Assembly (NCBI RefSeq): GCF_009914755.1
Contig: NC_060930.1
Length of the DNA stretch: 64,000 nt
Reading direction: 5' to 3' (one strand)
Source: the human T2T-CHM13v2.0 reference genome, Homo sapiens
A program made the translations under genes and the position numbers. Positions 14,060 through 30,500 of this stretch are shown here, one piece after another (the stretch's first letter is position 1; each line of letters starts with the position of its first letter). The notes under the pieces were generated by a model. It was not told the DNA's origin, searched no databases, and saw only the letters and a program-made list of their open reading frames with translations.

Positions 14060-14590
14060 AAAAAGTACCAGGAACATGACCACAGTCAGAGACACCTGTC
14101 AGGATATTGCTATAACTATCCAAAGGAGAAGTGCTGAATAACCCAGCGGTGTGGATGGGGGTAGAGATCAGTACTAGAGACACAGATTCAGGGATCAAAA
14201 GATGAGAGAAGATTGTTGAAGTCCTATGTGAATGAGTGAGATCATGGTTATAAACAAGGAGAGGAGGGGAGAGTTTAAGAGTTGTGTAAAGAGGAGCCAC
14301 AGAAGAGAATGAAGAAGAACCAGCTGAAGAGAGGAACCAACAAAAGGGACTGAAAGGGAACAGCTGGAGAGGGAGAAACTCTAGGAGGGAATGCCATTAT
14401 GGAGACCAAAAAAGAGGAAAGGAGCAGCCAATTTGATTTTTACTGCTAAACCATCAAGTAAGTTGAGAAACAGAAAGGTTCCATGGAACTTCCAATTGCA
14501 AGGCCATGGTGACCTTTTCCAATAACAGTTTTTGTGCTGTGGTAATGGCAGGAGTCAGTCCAGGGAGTCAAGAGTAAATGGGGTGCTACT
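14060..14590 (-). mobile_element. L2 relic
   Basis: aggatattgctataactatcc..., agtaagttgagaaacagaaagg..., ggtgacctt...acagtttttgtgctgtggt are L2-like. Confidence 0.45.
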
Positions 14591-15505
14591 TATTGCCCAG
14601 GCTGAAGCTGGTTTATCCCACCCCAAAGGACAAAGCCCAACTCACTGGTTTTCCTATGACAACACAAGTGAGAAAAATAACCGAGAGTAAATAGAACATA
14701 GTGAGATTAAATTAAATGAAATAAAGATGCTTTTTAACAAAAAAATGAAGTCTAAATTATTTTAAGTATAACCACAAGATGAAGCATTGAAGACAGTAAA
14801 TGTAGAGTGTCCTTTATGGGTTTTGGTTAGGAAAGTTGCACTTGAGCTCTAAGCCTCTTCCAATTCTAATAGTCAATGATTATAGCTCATAAACTATAGT
14901 CCATGAACATAAAAATAACTTGATGTTAAAGAACTAAATAACTTACTTCTTTATTTTAGGCTGCTTGTTGTAGAAGGAATCTGTGCTTATTGTAAATTTA
15001 AGCAATGCAGAAACATATAAAGTCAAAATTAAGTCCTCTCTTTCACCTCTACCTCACCCTAATCTCAATCCCCAGAGACACCATATTTTCTAGGCACATG
15101 CAAACATATATATGTACATAAATTGTAATATAATGGATTAATTCTATCTTTGAACATTGTATCTATAAACATGAGTGATATTAAAAATATTAAACTCAGT
15201 GTGATGGGGTAGCAGCTAATCAGAACGGCTGTCAGTGCTAAGCAGCTGGGTTGAGTGGTGTGACATATTACATTTAACCAGACCCAGCAGAGGTGCGGGA
15301 GGCCTGGCATGGTGGTGGGAGCTGCACCTCAGTGTCTGGCCACAGCTACATGGCCTCCGAGTTTTACTCTGACTCTCCAGGATTTTTCTATAAGACACAT
15401 GATATGCTTTAATAAATTGCCTTTTTTATTTAAACTGGACAGAGTGGTTTTTTTTTTTTGCAAGCAGAAACAACAGTGGAATATAAAAAGAATTAAAAGA
15501 TTCTC

Positions 15506-15840
<335 letters not shown>

Positions 15841-17783
15841 AGGTTCTCATCCCATTTAAACCAAGAATTTTGATCACCAGCAAATTTTGTGATCTGTAAC
15901 GATCTGCACGGCAGTAACCAAATCTGAAAGACTGGTATCTCTCTTTCCTCTTTTTTCCACATAAAGAGTTGTTGACCTATGGCAGCTGTTGAGTGCCAGA
16001 CCCTAGGGGTAGATTGATCTATAATCAGGACTGCTCTTTTGCACAAAATAATTTCCTTCCTTTAAATTTTTCTTTAAATACACATTACCTTATTTTAGAT
16101 TTTTTCTTTTGTAGTTTATAAAGAAAAAGCAATCAAGAGAAAAATAAATTCATTTGCATATGTCTGCTCTGGAGAAAAAATATACTCTTTTTTCATTTCT
16201 TTCTTGATTACATCAGCAAAAGGCATTTAGAACACAGCACTTTCAAATTAGTGCTTCAGGTCCTGATTATTTTTGAAGTCTTCATGAAATATTATTTAAA
16301 GAAGGAAGGTTTCTAAATTCTGTCAAATATACCAACTATGCATAAGTTAATGCTAAGAAAATAAACTTTTTAATTTTTGATGTAATATAATACACTGAGA
16401 ATTGTTCTATGCATGAAACAAGAAGGGAGCATTACAAGTGCGGAAATATATTTCATATGTTCATTGTCTGTGCTTTGATATATGCATAACTATATTGCAT
16501 TCTAGGAGCAGCTAATTTCCATATAAAGTGTAGCTACTTTCAATTTTACTATGTCTTGTCTACAAAGGAAGCTTTGATTTGTGTGCCCTAGGCTAGATCA
16601 GAGAATGCATCATTTTCTTGAAGTTCCTTTCTGTCATGCACAATTGGTGAGTTCCAGCACTGATTATAACATGGATGTTTAGAAAGACATTACCCAAAAG
16701 GGAAAAAAATAAGATAAATTGCATCAAGAAAGGCTAGCAAAATCAAAGAAAAATGATCAGAGAGAACCTGATGGCAATCCTCCCGAATTGTACACATTTG
16801 GGCATTAAGGGGCAATGAACCTTGGCCTATTCTGGTGATTATAACAGCTATTTCAAGCCTAATAGAAGAAGTGAAATTCTGCAGTCATATCAAAGCATCT
16901 GCCATCATTTGATCCTCTGTGATGGCTACTGCACATTGGTAACCATCTTCTTTGTAGAGCTGAAGGTGGACCAGCTGAGCTCACGTGAGGTGTGACTTGT
17001 GCAGTAGCAGAAGACCTCACCTCCAAATATCTCCTCACTGACATTCATCAAATTTTATCTTTCAATTCCTTTTGATGATGTGTGCTTTTGAAGTGGATTA
17101 ATGAATTCTATTACCTGGAGGAATAAAATCAAGTACTCATCCAGTATCAGCCTATCCTATAATCTAATTATTTTACCTGATTACTATTTAATGGAAAGAG
17201 AGGCAAACTAGGAACAGGGAGTTGAGTTCTAGTCCCTGCTCTGTGGCTGTGCACCTCCGGGCAAATCACTTCTCTCCTTCAGTCTTAGTGTCTTCATCTT
17301 TAAACTGACGAGATGATAGTAAAGATCTCTCCTAGTTAGGAAATTCTGACTTGGTGACTAGATTATTACCCTTTTAACTTAGCACCCTGAAGGAATGGAA
17401 AAAAGAAGCAAAATTTTGATGGATTTGAGAATGAGAGAAGGAAGATAGGAGGTAAGTCATTCCGAGGCCAAAAGTGAGTAGAGATTTGTTAGGGAAGAGA
17501 TACAAGCACTGAAAAAATTAAAATTGGGGAAGAAAACAAACTTCTGATTCTATACTTGAGTCATATATTTTTGAAATATTTGTATAATACTAAAAATACT
17601 GGATTTGATTTTCTTTTGAAAAAACCTTTATTGGCTTGGATTTATTAGTATCATTACAAAAATATAGAAACTGCATGCCCCCAACCTGATTATTGTATCT
17701 CCTACAAGATAACTATTGTTAATAATTTGGGGTTTCTTCTTGCAGACTTTTTTTTTTCATGCCTATTACCATATGCAAGGAGG

Positions 17784-20121
<2,338 letters not shown>

Positions 20122-21982
20122 TAGTAGTGTGATCCTCTCTACCTATTACATAAAATACTTCAGGTGAACATCCTTGTACATGTGTTTCTGAAACACTTTA
20201 GCAAGCTTGTCTGCAGGATAGATTTCAGAGAGTGAGATGGCCAGGCCGGGCACATGCACTTTAAAGCATGTCAGCTATTACCTGCCTTAGCCCTGTTTCC
20301 ACAGGGCTTGTGATGAGGGCTTATGCATTAGTACTTTCTGAGGAGCATGATCCCAGGGAGCGGGAATGAGAGATAAGAGTGAAGGGGGTAAGGAGGGAGA
20401 GCCAATACTAAAATGCCTTATTGAGCTGGCTGCTGCTTTTATTTTATTTTATTGCTATTTTTTTAAATAAAGTTTTCATAGTCTTTAATTGGTTATTTTG
20501 CTGGTTATTGGTTAATAAATTGACAACGCAAGGAGGGGCCATGGGTGAGCTCCCAGCCAGGCTCCCACGTCCAGGCTCAGGCAAGGATGGCTGCTGCTTT
20601 TAGTTGGCTGGTTGCTTAATCCCACAGAAACTTCCGTGAAGCCAAAGGAAATATGTCTCAAGACTGTCAGAGAAGCCATATGAAATGTATTTCAGGACCA
20701 TCCATTGTGGTGAGGAGGGGAGAGTGGGAAAGGGAGAAGCCTTTATCCATCAGGTCTGTCTCCCACTTGTCAAATGTTTGCCCATGAGTTGTTCATTCTC
20801 CAGCACTCTGGTTTGCACATGTGTCGGCCCTTGAGCACGTTCCTTTGGAGTCCTTCATTGTGGGTCATCCAAGAAGCCTGGGGGTGGGGCAGGAGATAAA
20901 TCCACTTGTTTTTGTGTGAAGCCCACCTAAGTCCACATTAAATCACTGTAGTCATGACTGGAATAAGACACAAGTGTTGTCAAGGAGATCTGAAGTGGTA
21001 CATGAAAGATTTCAGATACACTAACAACCTGTCTCACAAAACTATACCGATTTACACTCATCAATCATGCAAAAGTGTCTTCTTTCTTTTCTTTAACAAC
21101 AGTGGATCTTGTCCCTAACTTTTGCCAATATGGTGGGTAATATGGAAAGTGTTTTCTTCTGTTGTGCATTTCTGTGCTACTGAGGTTGAATATCTTTGCA
21201 AATGTTTATTAGCCTTTATATTTTGTCTTTTGTGAATTGTCTACTATATTCTTTGGCTTTTTTTCTATTAGGTGGTTCTTTAAGGCTTTTTTTTTATTAA
21301 ACAGAGAAGACTACTTTCTGAAGTTCATGTTCGTGAAGTTTTGTAAGTACTCTCCTTAATAATCTAAAATATGAATATGCTGTTTTCCACTTGCCCAATT
21401 TCTAGCACTTAGTGTGAACTGAAGACAGTAGTCACATACATGTTCTTTATATTAGCAAAATTACTATTTTTTTCAGTATTAGACTCAGAGCACAATATTC
21501 CATAGGTAATAGCACATATGGTTTTTATTTAATTGTGAATGCATTTACTTACAAATGCTTTCCAGAACAAAGTCACACTTTAAGCTTGTCCTTTCCTATT
21601 TTGTTTCTTGGGATAATGATTGCATAGTCTCTTTTTTTCCTTGCAGAGAAGTATTTTATCCTATCATAGTTCAACTTCATTCTTATTTGCTACTTGTTAA
21701 ATGGCTTCTGAAAGAAAACAAGGACTTTTCTGTAAACTGCTCATGATTTCACTTCAGATCTAATAGTGCAACTGCCACATACAATCTTGTCATTCAGCTA
21801 TCAACCAACCAAGGTCTTCTTGGTTTTATCCCTTGTTTTACAAACCTAACTTTTGTTCTTTTCTGCTATTTCCATTGTGATTATAAAGGATTAAGTGCCT
21901 GGAGTTTCAAGGGATGTAAACTCATTGCAGTAATATTGCAGAAGATAAAAACAGAGGGAGCTACGATATGTTTTTATAATTT

Positions 21983-22005
21983 TGTGTGTGTGTGTGTGTG
22001 TGTGT
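21983..22005. repeat. (TG)11 microsatellite
   Basis: Direct read. Confidence 0.9.
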
Positions 22006-22199
22006 AATTCCAGGTATATTATAAGATGAACCTGATTTTCTAATTATTGGTTGGAACAAAACACTAGAGTAAATAATTATACATGTACCATTTTTAAAAA
22101 GTAAGTACATTTCTAATAGCATGCCTCCTAAGTAAATCTTTCTTTGATAAATAGCATCTGTGACTATTTTGTTTTCATGGCCTAAAGAGGTTGGTTGTG

Positions 22200-22670
22200 A
22201 CTTGGGGAAAGATGACTCTACCTCTAACTCCAGGTATCACCTTACTTGGTATAAGGGTAATTCCATCTTTCTTACCTATTTTTTGTTCAAGAATGAGCTG
22301 TGTCCTAATTCTGACTAACAAGACAAAAGGGAAGTCATGCTGAGGGACTTCCAGGAAGAATTTCTTTCTTCCTGACAGAGAGCCAGAGGGAGGAACTTTC
22401 TCTCTTTTTCTCTGTGTGCTGTCATATCTGGATATTATGCCTAATATGGCTGTAGTTAATTCACTGGCAATTTGCAGATGAAGCCAATACTGAGAATAAC
22501 AGAATGGGGACATGAAAATAACCTGGGTCTTTGTTGATGTAATTGAGACATTGAATCAATCAACCCTGAAGTCTATCCTACTTCTAGATTTCCTGTGCGA
22601 CAATACATCTTCTTCTTGCTGGAACCAGTTTTGAATTGGGATTCCTCTATATTACAAACCAAAGCACCTT
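22200..22670 (+). mobile_element. Old MaLR LTR (MLT1J/K-like)
   Basis: aacctgggtctttgttgatgtaattgag...caaccctgaag...acttctagatttcc...ccaaagcaccttactaa. Confidence 0.55.
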
Positions 22671-22883
22671 ACTAAATCAGCTTCTTTCCACACAGGGACA
22701 GAGAAGGTAGGCTCAGTCTGGAGAAATGTACAGGCACCCTTTTTCTTTTAAGGTTCAGAGAGTCCATGAACTGAATCTGGTATATCACAAAGCTTGCAGA
22801 GAATAGAGTTTTCACACTTTTTCAAGGTAAGACCACAAGACTCACACTCTGTTACTTATAGGCTATGTTACTTGGGCAAATCA

Positions 22884-23114
<231 letters not shown>

Positions 23115-24681
23115 CTATTAAGTGTTTCCTCAAATCCAAGATTCTGTCAATTGTAAGGCCCTCTATTAAGAAAGAAAAAAATGCTGCCAATTAAAAATTA
23201 AACTATGCCTTAACATTGTGCATTTGTCATCTTTTGACTTTGACTTTTTTCCCCATGTATTCCAGGGGACTTGGCAATACCTCCTTCAGTTGCACTGGTT
23301 GGCATGTGATAGGCAGTCCTGTTGTATGTATCTGGGTGGGGGGAGCAGAACATAACTCAGCTTCGTCCACTTGTGGGGTCTTCCTTTCTTAAGTTCCATA
23401 AAGTGCTTGCTGGTTGCTTTGAAAATGGATGGAATTATGGTTATTTCTCCAGCAGTGAATATTTGCTTTATCAATATCAAATTTATGCCCCACTGTTTTG
23501 TTTCTATTCATTTCTCTGTATACAAAATCTTTTTATTTCAATGTCAAATTATGCTGTAATCTTTTAAAATACATTTAAAAACCACAAACTCAACATGAGC
23601 AGTAAAAACCGCACACTATCAGCAGTAAGATGTGAAATGTAAAAACTTGTGTCTTAGAATTAAAACAAGGTATTTATGAAATGACTATGGTAGAGATGAA
23701 AGAGGCAAGTAACAGGGATATAGTCAAGTTTTTCTATTGTCCACTTTTTGAGGGAGAAGATTCAACTAATTGTATAAAGATGTTTAAAATGAATATAGGT
23801 AAGTGATAGAATAAAAACAGTTTAAAGAAAGATACCATTTTTTTTTCCTGTACTAAATTAACAAAGACTCAGAAAATGAAAAAGATTCAATTTGGTGCAG
23901 AAAAAGAGAAACAGACATTCTCATTTTCTGCAAGTATTAATTTTTATAGAAGTAAGATCTGAGGCCCGCCTTACTTTCTTTTGTGCCTGGATATCTGGCA
24001 GAATAATTTCTTTAACCTGAGTTTCTTGCTGTAATAGAAAAATACGGAAAAGTAGAGGTAATGAGGTAGAGAAAATATTAACAACTGGCACTAGGATTCT
24101 CAGGGAGAGAACAGTCTTTGGAAAGTTGCTCTGAGAGATGTTTGTAACAGAAGGTGCTCTCTACCCTCACCCCAGGAACTGGGTGTTGGCAGGCACCATG
24201 GCTTTGAAGGGAGGGAAAGCTACTCTTTGTGAGGCAAGGGGAGGGATGTTTTACTTCTAAGGGAAGGAAGAAAGTGGCAGAAGAGAGACAAGTGGGGAAT
24301 AAGGGAGGAAAGCCAGCGAGATGGAAAGCTGCAAGGACGCAAGAAACTTCATGGTGGCGAGGAGAACACAGCTCTTTGAGAATGACCACGACTCTTGTTT
24401 GTCCCAAGTTATCTCCCTTTCCCCTCCACTTTCTCCAGGAAATCTTCACTAAAGTCAGCTAAACCCACCAATATTTTCTATAAATGATTTTTTTTTAATT
24501 GTAGCTTTTGAGGAAATGGGTAAAGAGCCCTAGGACATGGAAGAATTGCCACGCTGTAAACCAGGTGCCAGATGAGAGCACCCCCTGCCCCAGTCCTGCC
24601 CCAATCCCTTCCTGGAAAACCTGCAGAAACTGGTGGGGATGGCTTTGCTCTCCTGCAGGCTGTGCGTTGGGCAGGAGGGCA

Positions 24682-25376
24682 GTTTATTTGTTCAATACTT
24701 ACTGATCATCTACTATGTGCTAGGCATCGTTCTGAGTAGCAGGAAGTAAGGAATGTAAACAAAGGATCTTAATTTCTGTGAGTCAGATCATAAGCAGAGA
24801 CAGACAATAACTATGATCTAATGTTCTATTTTCACAGCTGCTATGAGGAAAAATAAGGTAGGATAAGAGAGTAGAGATTGATAGGAGTGAGAGTGAATGC
24901 CTGTTTGGGGAAGTATTTTAGGCATGGACGGCAAGTACAAAGGCCCTGTGGCAGAAACCACCTAATGTGTGTAGAGGAAAGTCTGCCAGACATTGTGCCT
25001 GACTGACGCGGGGAGGGGAGAGTGATGGGAGACAAGGCCAGAGAGGCAGGGGCCAGGTCGTGAGGGCCTCCTGGGAAGAATACAGCCATTGGGTTTTATT
25101 CTGAGAGTAATGGAGACATTTGAGGAGAGAAGCAACAGGATTTGATTTCCTGTTTCAGAAGATAACTGGTATTGTGTGGAGAAGAGGCTTAGGTGACATG
25201 GGTGGAAGCAGGAGAACCAGATGAGATGATAAAATGATGAGGCTGGCATGGATTAGGGTAAAGGCAGAGAAGGTGGTGGGAGTGGATTTATTCTGAATGA
25301 GAAATTGACAAGACTTGCAGATGGATTAGATATGAGATATGAGAGAAAGAAAAGGATAAAAATGACACCTAGGTTT
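24682..25376 (-). mobile_element. L2 element 3' region
   Basis: tttatttgttcaatacttactgatcatctactatgtgctaggc...gcagatggattagatatgagatatgagagaaag. Confidence 0.75.
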
Positions 25377-25569
25377 GTTTGCTTATTTTTTTAAAGAAAT
25401 AATTTGTGATTTAAATTATAATTTTAAGAGCAACATATGTTCACTGCAGAAAATTTAAATAATGCAGAAAAATTTAAAGAGAAAAATAAATTACTCATAA
25501 TTCCAGAATTGTAGACATTTTAGTATACAACATTGTGTGTGTGTGTCTAAGTGTCTATGTGTGTGTCAG

Positions 25570-25730
25570 TATATATATATAAATATATATATAAATATAT
25601 AAATATAAATATATATAAATATATATATAAATATATAAATAAATATATATAAATATATATATAAATATATATAAATATATATATAAATATATATATAAAT
25701 ATATATATAAATATATATAAATATATATAT
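25570..25730. repeat. 161-bp pure A/T tract, (TA)n interrupted by AAA
   Basis: No G/C between 25570 and 25730; (TG)n immediately upstream. Confidence 0.95.
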
Positions 25731-25829
25731 GGATGTACATATATATGGATGGATGGATTATCTGAATTTTCCAACTATACTTGTAGTTAGAATATATTTT
25801 GAGTATATTATTTTATAGATTGCTTTTTA

Positions 25830-26720
25830 GAACATTTTACTTTAAACTATTTTAGACTTACAATATTAAAAATAATTGCAAAATACTAGAGTTCCCATAT
25901 TTCTAGTTCCCATTTCACCTAGCTTTTCAGAACATTAACATCTTACATACTACAATGATCAAAACTAGGAAATTAACACTAGTATAATGCTACTAGCTAC
26001 ACTACAGGTCTTACTCAAATTTCATCAGTGTTTTCCACTAATGTCCTTTTTTTCTGTTCCAGGATTCCACATTGATTTTATTGTTATTTTTCCTTAGTCT
26101 TCTCCCATCTGTGAGAGTTCCTGTTTTTCCTTGTGCATGGCACTTGAAGAGTATTGATCAGTTTTTTTTGTAGATGTTACTTGATTTGGGGTTTATATTT
26201 TCCCATAATTGAAATGAGGTTGTGCGTTTCTGGCACAAATGCTGCTGTGTCCTTCTCAGCACACATCGTAGGTTCATCATATTGATACAATATTGATATG
26301 ATATCCATGATGTTGAATTTGAACACATGGTGAAAGTGGTGTCTTCTGGCTTTCTCTACTATAAAGTCACTATTCTCCCCTTTGTAGTTAAAATATATCT
26401 TAGGGGTGACAGTTTGAGACTATGCAAATACTGTTTCTCCTCAAATTTTCACCCAGCAATTTTAGATTCTGTCAGTGGATTATGTCTGCAAAAATTATTA
26501 CTGTGGTGTTTACTAATTTGTGGTGATTTTCTATGTCTCCTGTGATTTTCTGTTCTCTTACTTTCTGCTATATTTATTAATTGAAATTATTCTGTAAGGA
26601 AGAGCTCTTCCTTTCCCCCCGTTTATGTATTCATTTGATTATTCCTTTAAATCTGTATAGATTCATGGATATTTATTTTATTATAGGGGTTAAAATCCAA
26701 TACTGTCATTATTTTCACCA
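25830..26720 (-). mobile_element. Old L1MC-type 3'UTR relic
   Basis: tacaatgatcaaaactaggaaattaacact; tttctctactataaagtcactattctccccttt. Confidence 0.6.
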
Positions 26721-26721
26721 C

Positions 26722-27943
26722 ATTTATTGAGGTATAACTGACAAAAAAAATCATGTGTATTCTAGGTGTACAACATTATGTTTTGATACATGTATACATT
26801 GTGAAATGATTACCACAATCAAGCTACTTAACATATCCATCACCTCACATAGTTACCATATGGTGTGTGTGTGTGTTTGTGTGTGTGTGTGGTGAGATTA
26901 CTTAAGATCTACTTTCTTAGCAAATTTCAAGTATACAATGCATTATTATTAACTATAGTCACCATCTCCTACATTAGCTCTCCAGGACTTATTCATATTA
27001 TAACAGAGAGTTTGCACCCTCTGACCAAAATCCTCCCATTTCTCCCAATTCCCATCCCCTGGCAATTATCAATCTATTATTGGTTTCAATGAATTAGACT
27101 ATTTTTGGATTCCTCCCACATGTGGTAGCATGTAGTATTTGTCCTTTTGTGCCTGATTTTTCATTTAGCATAGTGTCCTCTAGGGTCATCCACGTTGCCA
27201 CATGTGGCAGGATTTTATTATTTTTTAAGCCTAAATAATATTCCATTGTATCTTCTTTACCCATTCATCCTTCAAGAGATACTTAGGTTGTTCCCATATC
27301 TGGCTGTGGTGAATAATGCTGCAATGAACATGTGGTTGTACATATCTCTTTGGGATAGTGATTGTATTTTCTTTGTGGGACAGTGATTGTATTTTCTTTG
27401 TATCTACACACCTAGAAGCGGGATTGCTGGATCATATAGTAACCCTATTTTAAATTTTTGTGAGACACCTCCATGCAGTTTTCCACAGTGGTTGTACCAA
27501 TTTGCATTCCCACTAATAGTGTATAAGGGTTTTCTTTTCTCCACACACAAAATATAACACTTGTTATTTCTTTACTTTTTAGCAATAGCCATTTTAACAG
27601 ATGTGAAATGACAAATTATTGTGGTTTTGATTGGCCTTTCTCTGATGATTAATGATATTTCACACTTTTTTATATACTTGTTAGGTATTTGTATATACTT
27701 TTTCAAAAAATGTCTATTCAAGTCCTTTGGACATTTTAAAATCAAGTCATTTTTTTTTTTTTTTTTTTTTTGCTATTGGGTTGTATGGGTCCCTTAATGG
27801 ACATGTGGTTTGCAAATATTTTCTCTCATTCTATAGGTTGCCTTCTGCTTTGCTATGCAGAAGCTTTTAAGTTTGATGTAGTCCCACTTGTTTATTTTTG
27901 CTTTTGATGCCTGTGCTTCTGGTATCATATCTAAAAAATTATA
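26722..27943 (-). mobile_element. L1MA9/L1MB-like 3' end
   Basis: tttattgaggtataactgacaaa...tacattgtgaaatgattaccacaatcaagcta; continues into ORF2 C-terminal antisense sequence. Confidence 0.8.
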
Positions 27944-28141
27944 GGCCAGGCACGGTGGTCATGCCTGTAACCCCAACACTTTGGGAGGCTATGGTGGGAG
28001 GATTGCTTGAGGCCAGGAGTTTGAGACCAGCCTTGGGAACATAGGGAGACTGTCTCTACCAAAAAAAAAAAAAAAGACTTTTTAAAATTAGCTGGGTGTG
28101 GTGGCACAGTCCTTAGTCCCAGGTCTTCAGGAGGCTGAGGG
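27944..28141 (+). mobile_element. AluJ-like, right arm truncated
   Basis: Left arm, A-linker and start of right arm; stops at gaggctgagg with no tail or TSD. Confidence 0.85.
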
Positions 28142-28149
28142 TTGATATA

Positions 28150-30500
28150 TATCTCTCTACATATATTTTTATTTTGATCATTTAACCACTTTATGTCACT
28201 TGATGGGAGAATTTGTTTACATTTAAACTAATTGTTGATAGGTAAGGATTTATCGCTACCATATACTAACTGTTTTTTAGTTGTTTTATAGATTCTTTGT
28301 TTCTTTATACCTCTCTTGCAGTCTTTCTGTGTGGTTTATTCATTTCTATAGTGATATATTTTGATTCTATTTAACTTTTGTGTATCTACTGTAGGTTTTT
28401 GCTTTGTGCTTTCCCTGAGGCTTGCTTAAAACATCTTATAGTTATAACAGACCATTTTAAACTGATAACAATTTTGATTGCATACAAAAACTCTACACTT
28501 TTATTCCTCCCATTTTATGTTTTTGATGTCACAATTTACCTCTTTGTATATTGTATATTCATTAAAAATTATTTTAGTTATAGTTATTTTTAATACTTTC
28601 ATCTTTTATACTGGAGTTATAAAGTATTTACAAACCTCTATTACAGTATTAGAGTATTCTAAATTTGACTATATATTTACCTTAACAATGAGTTTTATGC
28701 TTTCAAATGTTTTCATGCTACTAGTTAGAATCCTTTTGTTTCACTCTGAAGAATTTTCTTTACAATTTCTCGTAAGGTATTTATGAAGGATAGATTTGCT
28801 GGGTAAAGTATTCTTTGTTGGTGTTTATTTTTCTTTCAGCACTTTGAATATATCATCTGACTCTTTTCTGTCCTGGAAAGTTTCTACTGGGAAATCCACT
28901 GGTAGCCTTATGGAGGTTCCCACGTATGTGCTGTTTTCAAATTTTTCTTTGTCTGATTTTTGAAAGTTATTGTAATGTCTCAATGAAACCTTCTTTGGAT
29001 TAAACCTGTTTGGAAGCTTCAAGCTTCATTTACCTGGAAGTCCCTGTCTCTCCCCAGGTTTGGGAAGTTTTCAATCACTATTTCTTTAAATAAGCTTCCT
29101 TCTCATTTCTCTTTTTTCTCCCTCTCTCAAATTCCCATAATACAAATGCTAGCTCTCATACTGATGTCCCATAAATTCCATAGGCTTTATTCACTTTTTG
29201 ATTGTTTATTTTTCTCTTCTGTATAACTCTGAATAACCTGTCTTTGAGTTCACAGATTTTTTTTTCTTCTTGATCAAGTACGTTGTTGACAGTTTCTGTT
29301 GCATTAAAAACTTTTCACTCATTGTATTCTTCAGCTCTAGAATTTCTGTTGTGTTCTTTTTTATGATTTCTATTTCTTTGTTGAGCTTCTCATTTTGTTC
29401 ATGTATTGGTTTTCTGATTGTGTTATCTCTGTTCTTTTGTAGTTTGCTGAGTTTCCTTAAAACAATTGTTTTGAATTATTTGTCAGGCAATTCATAGCTC
29501 TCTATTTCTTTGAGGTTATTTACTGGAATATTAATTGTGATCCTTTGGTAGTGCCATGTTTCCTTGATTTTTTAGGTTGCTTGAAGTCTTGTGTTGCTGT
29601 CTTCACATTTGAAGAAATAGTCACTTCCTTCAGTCTTTATTTACTGGCTTTAGGAGAGAAACACCCTTATCAATCAGCCTATCTAGGGATTCTCAGGCTC
29701 TCTCAGACTTCTGTGAACGTGCCCACTATGCACATTCTATTCCTTCGTTAAGGAAAAGTCTCAGGATTGTATGCATTCATTCACTTGATCCCACAAAGCC
29801 AGGCTAGGTGCTGAGTTGCTACTGTTTGTTTTTTCTAGGGCAGTGCCCTGAAATGCTGAAGTTTATATGCCTTCTCTCAATCTGACAGAGTTGATTCAGC
29901 TGTCTTCACAAGACACTTACACTGTCTAAGGGAACATGCTCAGGACGCAGGCCTGAAGGTAATGAAACATGCAGAACTTTTGGAATTTCTGTGGACCAGT
30001 TAGGGGAGGGCCCACAGGCAAGTTGTCCCAAGCTGCTTGTAAGCAGGCTTCCTAATGAAGCCACAGAGCAGTTAATAGGGTCCAAGACCTTTCTTACCTG
30101 TTCCCAGCCTCTTCCAGCCTCTCAGTTGTGCTGATTACCTTAGTAACCTGGGTAAGGTCAGGAAAAATGTGGGCTTCTTTGGCAGCATTCTGCACAGCTG
30201 GGGAAGCTGGACACTCACTATGGTATCATCTCCCCTTGTGAGAAAAATCTTGATCCTAGGGGATTTCTCTTGGCACTGAGCTGGACTGCCTTGGGGGAGG
30301 GATAATCTGCATAAGTGATACTTATGTTTTTACACCCTCCAAAGCATTTATTCTCAAATTATTTGTCCAATGATGTGCTGAAAGCTTTCCACTGTATTCA
30401 CAGACTCCCACAGAGCTAGACTCATCCATAAGTAGTTGCCAAAATCTATGCTTCTGCAGGAGAATAATGATATTCTCCTTGGCCATCTTGCTGATTCACT
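28150..30500 (-). mobile_element. Old L1M: ORF2 start, intergenic region, ORF1, 5'UTR
   Basis: ORF 28825-29022 contains ORF1p-like SIRLPVDFPVETFQDRKESDDIFKVLKEK; ends near ggccatcttg. Confidence 0.7.

Noticed and set aside
25547-25774. Tyr/Ile-rich ORFs
   Set aside because: Translation of the AT repeat.
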